64,000 bases of DNA, from assembly GCA_951406725.2 (NCBI GenBank), contig OX597829.1, positions 20,584,001-20,648,000 on the forward strand. The letters run 5' to 3'. The DNA is from Octopus vulgaris (Eukaryota). Below are positions 51,230-64,000 of this stretch, piece by piece; the first letter of the stretch is position 1; each line of letters starts with the position of its first letter. The position numbers were made by a program, and so were the translations under genes. Below the pieces are notes generated by a model, which ran no database searches, was not told the DNA's origin, and saw only the letters and a list, made by a program, of their open reading frames with translations.

Positions 51230-53554
51230 TGGCAGACGAACATGAAATATGTATCCTCCGACCAAGTGGCAAACCAAAAAGGTAACTCTTTTTTACTGAC
51301 TTACCTAGAAAATATGAAGGCCGACCTAAGCCAGGAGATCCAACAAGCTATCAGCAACCACCTATGCAAATCACAAGGACCACACACCCACTACCAACAA
51401 GAAAAGTGTCCCAGAGAGAAAGGCCACTGTACACAAGAACAAAATCCCCAGAGAGAGGAAAATTCTAATGAGACGGCGCACAAAAATCTCAAATCGCCTA
51501 AACAAACAAATTGAAAGCAATGACAAGTCCCGTCTGAAAATAAAACTGTTGGAAACTGAACACTGTCTGCAACTCTCCCATGAAAAGGAAAGAGCAGACA
51601 AAGAAGCCTGGGCTATAGACAACATAAAATCTAACCCCAGAGCTTTCTACAGGTATGCCAAAGAAACATCTACGGTGCACTGTAGGAAAGGGCCACTCCT
51701 CTAAAAGGGTGGCACACTCACAGGAAATCCAATGAGGATAAGTGAAATACTAAATGAACAATTCAAGAGTATTTTCACTCCACCCCAAGGGCATTTTCAA
51801 GTCAGCAATCCAACTAACGTCTTTACCACTGCAGTTATAAAATCAGAGGCAGCGATGATTGATTACATCAATATAAAGGAAGACGATGTAATAAATGCTA
51901 TAGATGAAATGAAAACAAACTCAGCTACTGACCCCGATGGATTCCCGGCAATCCTTCTAAAAGTATGTAAGAGAGTCCTAGCAAGACCACTGCAGTTCCT
52001 CTTTCAGAGCTTCCTTACAACTGGCAAACTTCCAAGAAAACTGAAGGAAAGTAAAATATGCCCTATTCATAAAGGAGGTAGCAGAGCGGAGGCCAAGAAC
52101 TACAGACCTATCTCTATGACCTCACACATCAGCAAGGTCATGGAACGAATAGTCAGAAGGAAACTAATCACCTTCCTTGAAGAAAATGACTTGCTGCCTG
52201 ACACCCAACATGGTTTCCGACCAGGAAGAAGCTGCTTAACTCAGCTCCTACAACACTATGACTGGGTGCTGAAACGACTGCTCAACCACTCAAATGTGGA
52301 AGTCATATATCTCGACCTTGCAAAGGCCTTTGATAAAGTCGATCATAGAATGATATGTCACAAACTGCGAGATCTTGGCATAGTTGGAAAATTGGGAGAA
52401 TGGCTTCATGACTTTCTGAAGGATAGAAGTCAGGTGGGGCTACTTCCATTAACACGCAAATAGTGAGCGGTGTTCCGCAAGGTACTGTTTTGGGACCACT
52501 ACTGTTCATAATGGCCCTCTCAGACATGCCCTCAGCCACGCAGAGAGTCACGATCACAAGTTATGCAGATGATACAAAAGTTTCACAGGCAATACAGAAC
52601 CCTGAAGACACTAAGCACCTGCAATATGAGCTGGACAAAATATACAAGTGGGCTGAAAAGAATAGCATGCAGTTCAATGCTGAAAAGTTTCAAGCTTTAT
52701 GCTATCAGCATGCAAAACTAAATGCAATACCCAATAAATACACAGGACCTGGAGGGATTGCAATCCCAGAGGCACAATCAGTGCGAGACCTAGTTATTTA
52801 CATGAGTGATGATGCAACCTTCCATGTGCATGTTGCTAAATTGGCAATGAAATGTAGGCGGCTGATCGGATGGATTCTTAGAACCTTTAGAACAAGAGAC
52901 CAGGAAACCATGATGGTCCTCTGGAGGATACTTGTCCTAAGTCACTTTGACTATTGCTCTCAGCTATGGTCACCATCCAGTGTCAAGTTAATCACAGAAC
53001 TTGAGGCGATTCAACGAAGCTACACGAAGAAGATAGCCTCTGAGCAGCATATAAACTACTGGGAAAGACTCAAGAGATTAAGACTCTATTCCATAGAGCG
53101 TAGGCGAGAAAGATATGCCATAATATACATCTGGAAGATCATAGAAGGACTTGTCCCAAACTTTGGCATCGAGAGTTACACAAATGCAAGAACTGTGCGC
53201 CACTGCATGGTGCCAAGGACACCAAATTTGCCATCAAGATGTAGGACAAGATACTGTGATAGCCTGGGCTTCAGAGGCACACAGCTCTTCAATATCCTCC
53301 GAAGAACCTGAGGGACCAGCATGCAGATGTCTTTAAAACATAACTGGATCTCTTCCTGTCAGGTGTCCCAGATGAACCAACTTCACGGCAGGAGGTGCAG
53401 ATGAGGGCAGCTGCATTGAACTCTCTCATGCACTAAATGGCAATTTCTAAAAAGCATTCGTGAAGTAAAATCATGTAGCAACACCAAATGGCGGTGCCCC
53501 AGCATGGCCACAGGTAGTGAGCCGAAACTGGATAAAATAAAATGAAATAAAATA

Positions 53555-53556
<2 letters not shown>
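51230..53556 (+). mobile_element. CR1/L2 LINE ORF2 (RT), broken, with 3' stem-loop tail and (AAAAT)n
   Basis: ORFs 51468-51704, 51732-52463, 52463-53311: [35 protein letters not shown]. Confidence 0.9.
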
Positions 53557-53585
<29 letters not shown>

Positions 53586-53673
53586 TAAGGGTGAAAAGGA
53601 ACACACGAGTTGATATATATGAAAAAACAAGTAAAAAATAGAAAATGCTAAAATAATTTTATAGTGAACATTT

Positions 53674-53711
53674 CAGTACCGGTTTCGGTCATTTTGAGAC
53701 CTTTTCAACTG
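53674..53711 (-). ncRNA. Minimal hammerhead, U3-A8 core variant
   Basis: Reverse complement of 55699-55736. Confidence 0.72.
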
Positions 53712-54630
53712 TAACGATTAAATAATTAAATTTAGAAAAATTAGAAGAAAAGTTTTTTTAAAAGAATATTTCTATAGTAGTGTTCAGATTTAAGTGGCAT
53801 TCTGCCTTTCTCTGACTCCCTTGTTTGCACTTGTGTGTTCGAGTTAGTTGTGAGTTCTTGGTAGGGTAGTAGAGGGAAGGCTGGTGAGGAAAGGGGGTGG
53901 GAGAATCTGGGAGTGCCCTGATGGTCGTATTTTGAATGGTCAGTGGCGGCTGGCAGTCTCAGTTCAATTCAGGATTGTTTATAGAATTAGCGTAAGTGTT
54001 ATACTAAAAAACATTAGTGACAAACTTAAGGGGTAGGGGGTGGAGAAGAAGAAGAAGAAGAAGAAGAAGAAGAAGAAGAAGAAGAAGGAGAAGGAGAAGA
54101 TGATGGTGATGGTGGTGATGATTATGACGACGATGATGATGATAACGATGATGATGAAGAAGAAGAAGAAGAAGAAGAAGAAGAAGAAGAAGAAGAAGAA
54201 GAAGAAGAAGAAGAAGAAGAAGAAGAAGAAGAAGAAGAAGAAGAAGAAGAAGGAGAAGGAGAAGATGGTGGTGATGATGGTGGTGATGATGATGACGCCG
54301 ATGATGATGATAACGATGATGATGAAGAAGAAGAAGAAAAAAACAGAGAAGGGAGAATATGAATGGGTGTAAATATAGCTATGAAGGGGCTGATTAGTAA
54401 TGGATTCTATGGAGTGTAGTATTTGTGTGTGTATATATATTTTTTCTTTTATTCTAAAGTTGAGGTATATTAATTGTTTGTCGTAGACCCGTTAAGAAGT
54501 GGCTTGTATTTTGTAATAAAGAGATTTTCTTTACTTATTCTTTGTCTCGAGGTTGTATCGTCCCTAAATTGGTAGAGGGGGAAAATTCTGAAGTTCGGAG
54601 TTCTCCTTCAAACAGGGACAACGGTTTACA

Positions 54631-54957
54631 GTGAAAAGCAACTTCACATGTGCTTCGGAGAACCTAATATACTCACTAACCTGCTCCGGGTGTCAAGAGC
54701 AGTACATAGGCCAAACAAAAAATGGTTTGCGTAAACGAATGGCCCTGCACAGATCCCAGATAAAAATTCCCCAAAACAGAAAAATAGCTTTTAGCCAACA
54801 CATAGATACTTGCGCCAACAAAAAAACACCAAACTTCAGAATTTTCCCCCTCTACCAATTTAGGGACGATACAACCTCGAGACAAAGAATAAGTAAAGAA
54901 AATCTCTTTATTACAAAATACAAGCCACTTCTTAACGGGTCTACGACAAACAATTAA
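54631..54957 (+). CDS. PLE GIY-YIG endonuclease C-terminal fragment
   Basis: FTCASENLIYSLTCSGCQEQYIGQT..LRKRMALH..FSQH..ENLFI..KPLLN. Confidence 0.85.
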   Translation: MKSNFTCASENLIYSLTCSGCQEQYIGQTKNGLRKRMALHRSQIKIPQNRKIAFSQHIDTCANKKTPNFRIFPLYQFRDDTTSRQRISKENLFITKYKPLLNGSTTNN

Positions 54958-55698
54958 TATACCTCAACTTTAGAATAAAAGAAAAAAATATATATACACA
55001 CACAAATACTACACTCCATAGAATCCATTACTAATCAGCCCCTTCATAGCTATATTTACACCCATTCATATTCTCCCTTCTCTGTTTTTTTCTTCTTCTT
55101 CTTCTTCATCATCATCGTTATCATCATCATCACCACCATCATCACCACCATCTTCTCCTTCTCCTTCTTCTTCTTCTTCTTCTTCTTCTTCTTCTTCTTC
55201 TTCTTCTTCTTCTTCTTCTTCTTCTTCTTCTTCTTCTTCTTCATCATCATCGTTATCATCATCATCGTCGTCATAATCATCACCACCATCACCATCATCT
55301 TCTCCTTCTTCTTCTTCTTCTTCTTCTTCTTCTTCTTCTTCTTCTTCTTCTTCTTCTTCTTCTTCTCCACCCCTACCCCTTAAGTTTGTCACTAATGTTT
55401 TTTAGTATAACACCTACGCTAATTCTATAAACAATCCTGAATTGAACTGAGACTGCCAGCCGCCACTGACCATTCAAAATACGACCATCAGGGCACTCCC
55501 AGATTCTCCCACCCCCCTTTCCTCACCAGCCTTCCCTCTACTACCCTACCAAGAACTCACAACTACCTCGAACACACAAGTGCAAACAAGGGAGTCAGAG
55601 AAAGGCAGAATGCCACTTAAATCTGAACACTACTATAGAAATATTCTTTTAAAAAAACTTTTCTTCTAATTTTTCTAAATTTAATTATTTAATCGTTA

Positions 55699-55736
55699 CA
55701 GTTGAAAAGGTCTCAAAATGACCGAAACCGGTACTG
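55699..55736 (+). ncRNA. Minimal hammerhead, U3-A8 core variant
   Basis: cag TTGAAAA ggtc tcaaaat gacc GAAAC CG GTA ctg. Confidence 0.72.
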
Positions 55737-55785
55737 AAATGTTCACTATAAAATTATTTTAGCATTTTCTATTTTTTACTTGTTT

Positions 55786-55826
<41 letters not shown>

Positions 55827-55869
55827 TACAAGATAAGAAAATGGAGAAATACATCTAAATCAAATATCA

Positions 55870-56780
55870 GGCATAGTTTCGGTTGTAGTAGCACAGATTT
55901 CCGTCGATTTCCGTAAAAAACTTTTATTTTTTTACATAAGTAATGAGAGCGAAAGAGACTAAGAGGAAGCGATTTTACGACGAGAAGGTTTCACTTTGAA
56001 GTCGGCCTGTGTGTGTTTGATGGGGTGTGGGAGACAGACAGTATGTTGTGTAAGTGAAGTGCTTCTGTTAGTGTGTGCGAAGAGACAGACATACATATAC
56101 ACATACACCGAGTACATACATACATACATATACACACACACATACATAGATACATACACACACACACATACATACATACATACACACACATACTTACACA
56201 CACACACACACACATAGATACATACACACACACACATACATGCAGACATACATATACACATTCACCGAGTAAAAAATTACACTGAATCGACCATACATAC
56301 ATACACACATACATACATACACATACACACATACATAGATACATACACACACACACATACATGCAGACATACATATACACATACACCGAGTAAAAAATTA
56401 CGATGAATCGGCCATACATACATACATACACACACACATACTTACACACACACACATACATAGATACATGCATACATACATATACACATACATGCATACA
56501 TACATATACACATACACCGAGTAAAAAATCAGTTATCTCTCTCTTTCACACATTACTCTCTCTGTCTCTTCGCACACACTAACAGAAGCACTTCACTTAC
56601 ACAACATACTGTCTGTCTCCCACACCCCATCAAACACACACAGGCCGATTTCAAAGTGAAACCTTCTCGTCATAAAATCGCTTCCTCTTAGTCTCTTTCG
56701 CTCTCATTACTTATGTAAAAAAATAAAAGTTTTTTACGGAAATCGACGGAAATCTGCGCTACGACATGCGAAACTTCGCC
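55870..56780. mobile_element. MITE with ~200-bp inverted repeats, same family as 62734-63182
   Basis: agatttccgtcgatttccgtaaaaaac... mirrored by ...gttttttacggaaatcgacggaaatct; GG...CC termini. Confidence 0.8.
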
Positions 56781-56783
56781 ATA

Positions 56784-56834
<51 letters not shown>

Positions 56835-56837
<3 letters not shown>

Positions 56838-57892
56838 ATATATTTATATATATTTATATATATATATTAATATATGTGACTGTGTGTAGGTGTTGCACAT
56901 ATAAATGCGTGCATAAGCGTGTGTGTGTGTAGGGAGGTATATGTAGGTGTGAGCGCGTGTATGTATATGTATATCTGTATCTGTAAATATATATATATAT
57001 AGAAAGAGAGAGAGAGAGAGCGCAATAAGAAAATGGAGGGGATCAATAGGTGGTTCATCAACTTTTAGACATTATATTATGTCAACTTATTTATTTATTT
57101 ACCAAAATGACAATTACAAGAATATACATACATGTATAACACATTATGCTTTACATATATAATATATAAAGATACCAGTAATTATTAAAATATAACATAC
57201 AGGAATATAAATATATATATATCAAAATACAGGACCAGATACTGCAACAGCTTGGGTTTCAGCGGACCACAGCTCTTTAACATCCTCCCTAAATGCCTGA
57301 GAGACTTGCATGGTGTGGATGTGGGTTTCTTTAAAACTAAACTGGATCTCTTCTTGTCGGGAGTCCCAGATGAACCTACCTCACGACAGGAGACGCAGAT
57401 GCAGGCAGCAGCATCGAACTCCCTTGTTGATCAAGTGCCCCGTATCAGAGGTGGATTCACATATTAGTGTAGCTCATTCAGCGGTGGAGCCCCAGCATAG
57501 CCGCGGCCTTCGGGCTTAACATTTTTAAGGATTTAAGGATTTATATAATAATAATATTAGGGAGTAAATCCAAACTTACAGGGAAAAATTAGATTTCGGA
57601 TTAAATCTAATTTTATAGTATAAATATATATATATTATATTAAATTAGAGATAAAACCACTATTAGGCAAATCAAACAGTGAAAATCATAAACCAATACA
57701 TAGAAATAAAATTAATTAATAAAAAATATATGAAATATAAAATTCAAAACATAAAATATTTAAATTAAAGTTAAAATTTTTAAAAATATTTAAATTAATA
57801 ATTTATACTTATAAATTTTTAAATATATATATATATATATATAATATTTGCCCTGTCCGTGTGAGCTAACAATCGTACTGACTTTCATGGGA

Positions 57893-57938
<46 letters not shown>

Positions 57939-57991
57939 TTTATATATATTTATATATATATATTAATATATGTGACTGTGTGTAGGTGTTG

Positions 57992-58047
<56 letters not shown>

Positions 58048-58964
58048 AAATGCGTGCATAAGCGTGTGTGTGTGTAGGGAGGTATATGTAGGTGTGAGCG
58101 CGTGTATGTATATGTATATCTGTATCTGTAAATATATATATATATAGAAAGAGAGAGAGAGAGAGCGCAATAAGAAAATGGAGGGGATCAATAGGTGGTT
58201 CATCAACTTTTAGACATTATATTATGTCAACTTATTTATTTATTTACCAAAATGACAATTACAAGAATATACATACATGTATAACACATTATGCTTTACA
58301 TATATAATATATAAAGATACCAGTAATTATTAAAATATAACATACAGGAATATAAATATATATATATCAAAATACAGGACCAGATACTGCAACAGCTTGG
58401 GTTTCAGCGGACCACAGCTCTTTAACATCCTCCCTAAATGCCTGAGAGACTTGCATGGTGTGGATGTGGGTTTCTTTAAAACTAAACTGGATCTCTTCTT
58501 GTCGGGAGTCCCAGATGAACCTACCTCACGACAGGAGACGCAGATGCAGGCAGCAGCATCGAACTCCCTTGTTGATCAAGTGCCCCGTATCAGAGGTGGA
58601 TTCACATATTAGTGTAGCTCATTCAGCGGTGGTGCCCCAGCATAGCCGCGGCCTTCGGGCTTAACATTTTTAAGGATTTAAGGATTTATATAATAATAAT
58701 ATTAGGGAGTAAATCCAAACTTACAGGGAAAAATTAGATTTCGGATTAAATCTAATTTTATAGTATAAATATATATATATTATATTAAATTAGAGATAAA
58801 ACCACTATTAGGCAAATCAAACAGTGAAAATCATAAACCAATACATAGAAATAAAATTAATTAATAAAAAATATATGAAATATAAAATTCAAAACATAAA
58901 ATATTTAAATTAAAGTTAAAATTTTTTAAAATATTTAAATTAATAATTTATACTTATAAATTTT

Positions 58965-58985
<21 letters not shown>
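56835..58985. repeat. Near-perfect tandem duplication (offset 1145 bp), each unit containing a CR1/L2 3' end
   Basis: ORFs 57252-57467 and 58397-58612 are identical; tails (ggatttaa)n. Confidence 0.92.
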
Positions 58986-58999
<14 letters not shown>

Positions 59000-59729
59000 T
59001 AAATGTAAATATATTCTTACCTTAGCGAGGTTTTGTGATTAACTAAAACATTAAATATATATATATATATATATACAAGCTTAAGGTGACCCGCTCTACA
59101 GGTTGCAAAGGGTGTAGTTGTTACTTCCTGTTGCTTCCTTTGTCCCTCTTTGTTTCTCTCTCCTTTCTCTCTCACTTTATACTTATAATTTTTTTTAAAT
59201 ATATATAACTATCAAAAAGTATTATGTATATTAAACTTTTTAATATTTTATACATATATAAAGGCGGTGCTCCAGCATGGCCGCAGTCAAATGACTGAAA
59301 CAAGTAAAAGAGTAAAAGAGTATATAAATATATACATATTTATAAATAGAACACACACACACACACATATATAAATTAACCCAATAAATATCTGATTCAT
59401 AATATTTGTTCTCATGATTGTGTGGTGGTGGTGGTGGCGATGATAATTCTGTCTATGAATGCAGAGAGAGAGAGAGAGAGAGTGTGAAAGCGCTGTCGAA
59501 GGCGGGGAGGGGGAAGATATAGAATGCTGTTTGACGACGTTATAAAGAGAATGTGAAGGGGAGTTAGACATTATACATGTCCCTCTAACCCGTTCTCAAT
59601 GCCAAAACCAGACAAACAAACAAACAAACTTTTCACATTTCAGAATTATAATATAGAGATACTAGCTTAAGGTGACCCGCTCTACGCGCAGGTAAGAGTG
59701 TGGTTGTTATTTTCCTGTGCATCCTTTCG

Positions 59730-60036
59730 GCGCGTAAAAAGTACCATCCGAACGTGGCCGATGCCAGTGCCGCCTTGATTGGCTTTCGTGCCGGTGGCAC
59801 GTAAAAAGCACCAACCGATCGTGGCCGCTGCAAGCGCCCCTCCCCCTGTGGCACCTGTGCCGGCAGCACGAAAAAAGCACCCACTACAATCATGAAGTGG
59901 TTGGCGTTAGGAAGGTCATCCACCTGTAGAAACACTGCCAGATCAGACTGGAGCCTGGTGCAGCCTCCTGGCTTCCCAGACCCCGGTCAAACCGTCCAAC
60001 CCGTGCAAGCACGGAAAATGGACATTAAACGATGAT
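59730..60036 (+). mobile_element. RTE 3'-UTR-derived short element; relatives at ~6390-6700, ~7525-7685, ~34820-34990 (minus)
   Basis: Matches the RTE 3' UTR at 24570-24915 (ggaagggcatccagctgtagaaacactgccagat...aaacgatgat). Confidence 0.75.
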
Positions 60037-60819
60037 AATTCTCCCTCTTTGTTTCTCTCTTCTTTCTCTCTCCCTTTCCCACTCTCTTACTCTTCCTTTC
60101 TCTTGGACTCTCCCTAGCTTTCTCTTACTCTCTATCTTTATCTATCTCTCTCCAATTTATAAACAACAAAAGATCTTGCGTAAGTTGAGAAAGAAAGTAG
60201 TTTGAAAGATCAAACATAAATATCAGGCAGTGACAACGGAAAGGTCTGCTTCAAGGCAGAAAACAAAACATTAACATTTAAAATGGACAGACGAACTTGC
60301 GAGATGAATAAAATTGAAAAAATATTGGAAACCAAAGTTTGAAAGGATAGAATCTGAGGATAGTAGAGTCACCATGGCTGGCATTTCTTAACGACGGACA
60401 AATTTTTTAGCTTCATGTAACAGAGAATTCCTAAAAATTATTAATTTATATTTATAATTTTTTAAAAATATATATAACTATCAAAAAGTATTAAAAAGTT
60501 TAATATACATAAATACAGATATATACACTTTGTATATATACATTATATATACATATTTATTAATAGAAGACACACACCCACATTCGATTTTATATTTGTA
60601 TTTTATTGAATTTTTAAACTCATCTTTGTGTAACCCCATTCGTATATCTGACCCCACATCAGATTGTATTGTCCCCTCTATGTTCGCCCCTTGTGGATAA
60701 TAATAAAACCATTCCAGTCTGTTATATATTTTGAGTATTGTTATCACTAGCGATATCAAGATATAACTTTGTATTTTGCATTTTATGTGTAGATGTATAT
60801 ATATAGATGTACATGAAAT

Positions 60820-61385
60820 TTCGACACTCTCTCCAGTTCACTTTTGCACCATAAATGCAGGAAGTAGAATCCATTCCATCAGTGAGGCCCTTCAAAAGTT
60901 TCTGTGAATTTTTTCCCGTCGTGTGCAGGGATTATCCCAAATTTAAGGTGTAATAGCGAACTGGAGAGAGTGTCAAAATTTCAAGGACAATTTGATGATG
61001 ATAAGCATCAAGAAGCTTACAGCACCAAACATATTCATACATCAGAGTTATCAGCATTGACTTCCGCAACGGTATATGTGCTATTGCCACTTCTGCTATC
61101 ATTCTCTTACTGACCATTGATATGACCGCGCTTCTCTCTGGATATTTACACTATGAGGACTCTAACCATACATGGATTTACATAGGATTGTACCTAAAGA
61201 CTTATGGACTAACATCTACACTATCGGAAAGTTGAACTGTGAACTTTTATGTTTCTTTTCTTCTTCATTTCTTTATTTCTCCAGTTCTTTATTTAATCTA
61301 TACCCTTCACATTTTCCCTGTTTATCTCCAATGACGGGATATCCCATATTTTGAGATAACCCTGAAACAGCTGCAAGGCCCTAAA
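60820..61385 (+). mobile_element. Highly decayed PLE 3' end with an eroded hammerhead (~61325-61378)
   Basis: WIFTL/RTLTIHGF-like C-terminus at ~61138-61182; ccaatga cggg...ccct GAAAC agct gca. Confidence 0.4.
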
Positions 61386-61399
61386 TTTTTTAATAATAA

Positions 61400-62244
61400 C
61401 TAGCAGAATTGCCCGGCATTGCTCGGGGCTGAATTGCTTGAAAGTACTGTTAATGATTGCACTGAATTATGATGATTATTCAGGCAAATATTGATATAAG
61501 CTTACGGTGGGAGATAAGGACTTAACGATCAAACGTGTGCCATGGCATTGTTTTGGGGGAACCAAATTTCTGATGAGCATTATAGGGGCACCAACTTTAA
61601 GTTTGAGAAAGTGTGGTGGTAGTCCGGGGTGCTCAAAGGAATTGAGTACCTCTATTGGATAGTTGATGACGTCCTCTGGGTCAGGAGTTGTATCGATAGA
61701 CTGATATACATAGACTTCCCCAGGAATGAGTTTTAGCATTTCATCATTAATATGGTGAACAGTTTTATTCCTCGGGGCCAGTATAGCCTTTTTGCCAATC
61801 CAATCCATATTCTGATAATTAGCTTGTAGATCTGGGAACACTGCATCTCTGAGATCAGAAGGCGTCTTAACAATGGTACAAATGGAATCGATGGCAATAT
61901 TACCATTTTCATCCCCTGGTATTTTACCTTCGCCAAGTGCAAGGAGGGTGTGAGGAAATGCTGCTGATGTGATATTACGTCGCATATGAGCACGCATATT
62001 GGTGTGAAGTTTGAGAGTTACTTCCGTTTATTTTTAAAAATATGCATTAAAATGGAAAAAAATGATGGTAAATTATTTGTAAAATCATAGACTCATCGTA
62101 GACGCGCGCTAATACCCAGAAGGGCTCGATATGAATGACGACTATAAGATACCCGGTTTTGGTTAAACTGCATCGCAAAATGTGGGAGTAGTTAGGAATC
62201 TAAATCGGAGTAGACAGACACACAACCTTTCTTTTATATATAAA
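61400..62244 (-). mobile_element. Short non-autonomous Helitron retaining a PIF1 helicase fragment
   Basis: Minus-strand 3' end cccgagcaatgccggg hairpin + CTAG|T; 5' T(T)TATATATAAAAG followed by tgtctgtc. Confidence 0.8.
61476..61997 (-). pseudogene. Helitron RepHel PIF1-family helicase fragment
   Basis: AILAPRN, YQSIDT, YPIEVLNS, GLPPHFLKLKVGAPIMLIRNL, GTRLIV. Confidence 0.88.
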
Positions 62245-62725
62245 TATTTTCGTCCTAAAAAACTTTGTATGGATTGAATGGTTACCTCTATGGAAATATA
62301 TACACGCACATTATACATACATGTGTGTATAGATGAATATATAAATACATTTAAATATCTATATACACTTTTGGGCGATCTTTCTGTTTCTTAGAGATAA
62401 CTTTAGATCTTATTTTCGTGCTAAAAAACTTTGTATGGAGTGAATGGTTACCTCTATGGAAATATATACACACACGTTATACATACATGTGTGCATAGAT
62501 GAATATATAAATACATTTATATATCTATATACACTTTTGGGCGATCTCTGTGCTACTTCGAGATAACTTTAGATCTTATTTTCGTCCTAAAAAACTTTGT
62601 GCGGAGTGAATGGTTACGTGTATGGAAATATATACACACACATTATACATACATCTGTGTATAGATGAATATATAAATACATTTAAATATCTATATACAC
62701 TTTTGGGCGATCTTTCTGCTACTTG
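62245..62725. repeat. About 3 tandem copies of a ~166-bp unit
   Basis: tattttcgt(c/g)ctaaaaaactttgt at ~62245, ~62411 and ~62577. Confidence 0.9.
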
Positions 62726-62733
62726 GATATAGG

Positions 62734-63182
62734 GGCGATGTTTCGCTTGTCGTAGCACACGTTTCCGTCGATTTCCGTAAAAAATGTAAACACTGAATCG
62801 GCCATACATACATACATACATACACACACACATACATACACACACACACACATACATGCATACATACATATACACATAAACCGAGTAAAAAATTTCAGTT
62901 ATCTCTCTCTTTCACACATTACTCTCTCTGTCTCTTCACACACACTAACAGAAGCACTTCACTTACACAACATACTGTCTGTCTCCCACACTCCATCAAA
63001 CACACACACACACACACACACATGTACATCAATGCGTCCCATGCACGGTAACTTCAAAAGAACTTCCCTCGTCATACAATCGCTTTCTCTTAGTCTCTTT
63101 CGCTCTCATTACTTATGTAAAAAAATAAAAGTTTTTTACGGAAATCGACGGAAACCTGTGCTACGACAAGCGAAACATCGCC
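62734..63182. mobile_element. Merlin-type MITE with ~50-bp TIRs and a perfect 8-bp TSD GATATAGG
   Basis: gatatagg|GGCGATGTTTCGCTTGTCGTAGCAC...GTGCTACGACAAGCGAAACATCGCC|gatatagg; GG termini and an 8-bp TSD fit Merlin. Confidence 0.8.
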
Positions 63183-63429
63183 GATATAGGTCTTATATTC
63201 GTCCTAAAAAACCTTCCTGTCACACACTCACGCACACGCACGCACACACACACACACACACACGCACCCTCACACACACACACACGAACACACACACTCA
63301 CGTTAGATTACAATTTTATTTATATATTTGCGTGTCTATGTGTGTAAAAGGAAGTGGCAGACTGAAAGAGTCACTCACTACAAAAGGTGAATTACTTTCA
63401 TTTTATTCGTTGCACACTGTGTGTGTGTG

Positions 63430-63662
63430 TGTGCGTGTGGTGTAAACCACATTAAGAAAAGCATTTGACATACACACCAGAATGTGAGTTTTCTGTAAAT
63501 TTTGCTTAATTGGAGTTTAAATTTTAAAAAGTGGACCTGGCAAAACCCGATGCATTCTACTCTTAAAAATGCTAAGTAAATTGTAATTGAAGAAATCCTA
63601 TATTGTAGATTTCTATAACTGACAAAGGGAGGCAGATAAAATCTGCCTTTTATAATAAGAGA
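63430..63662 (-). mobile_element. Possible Helitron-like 5' end
   Basis: Minus strand TCTCTTATTATAAAAGGCAGATTTTATCTGCC with a small hairpin. Confidence 0.35.
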
Positions 63663-64000
63663 TAATGTATATGACTTAAGATGTTAGTCTTGCCTTAGCG
63701 TTTGTTGTCCTCTAGAACAGTTTCGAGTGTAACCAACCGAAACTGCAACAACAATCTGGAACTCGATTGAGTATAGGAAGCTCCGAATGACCCGTCCTTG
63801 TTTTTTCCTGTCCTTTTTTGTATTGTCTAATTGTCTGGGTGTTTTGTTGTCACCTGTTACGTTCTTGTTCCATTTTTTGGTTTCATTATATATAATGTGT
63901 CAGTTATAATGTATATGTATTTTTATATCTTTTTATATTTATTTAGTTATATCTCATTATAATGATTGTAATTATTGTACTGTATTAATGTCTAATCTTA

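Larger units (their letters stand above)
53615..55793 (+). mobile_element. Truncated Penelope-like element with ~1-kb inverted repeats (53615-54595 / 54832-55793) carrying (GAA)n/(GAT)n tracts
   Basis: Arms are reverse complements; GIY-YIG ORF at the centre; a hammerhead near each outer end. Confidence 0.88.

Noticed and set aside
54040-55392. Poly-Lys, poly-Glu and poly-Met ORFs
   Set aside because: (GAA)n/(GAT)n tracts inside the PLE inverted repeats.
62245-62725. Regular repeats (also 16390-16470 and 46050-47115) considered as CRISPR-like arrays
   Set aside because: Whole units repeat with no unique spacers, there are no cas genes, and the context is eukaryotic.

Overview
Eukaryotic, AT-rich, microsatellite- and transposon-dense DNA. 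The SINE, RTE and Penelope repertoire looks like an octopus/cephalopod genome (inference). Most ORFs in the supplied track are (CA)n/(TA)n artefacts. The only host gene is an intronless GT-A-fold nucleotide-diphospho-sugar transferase (GT77/Nucleotid_trans-like). It occurs twice, tail-to-tail, in the arms of a ~12 kb inverted duplication (about 5581-18249 and 21213-33083) with a Tx1/L1 LINE fragment in the spacer. The arms are nearly identical in the non-coding DNA I compared, but the two coding sequences differ by about 40 amino acids with only about 4 silent changes (hand count), and one copy has lost its membrane anchor. The rest is CR1/L2, RTE and Tx1 LINEs, Penelope-like elements (three Naiad-type), a Gypsy LTR with PBS and an LTR-derived foldback element, Helitron, hAT and Merlin-type pieces, and tRNA-derived SINEs. 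I read about ten type I hammerhead ribozyme motifs directly from the sequence, including core variants and a non-coding ~493-bp tandem unit resembling a retrozyme.
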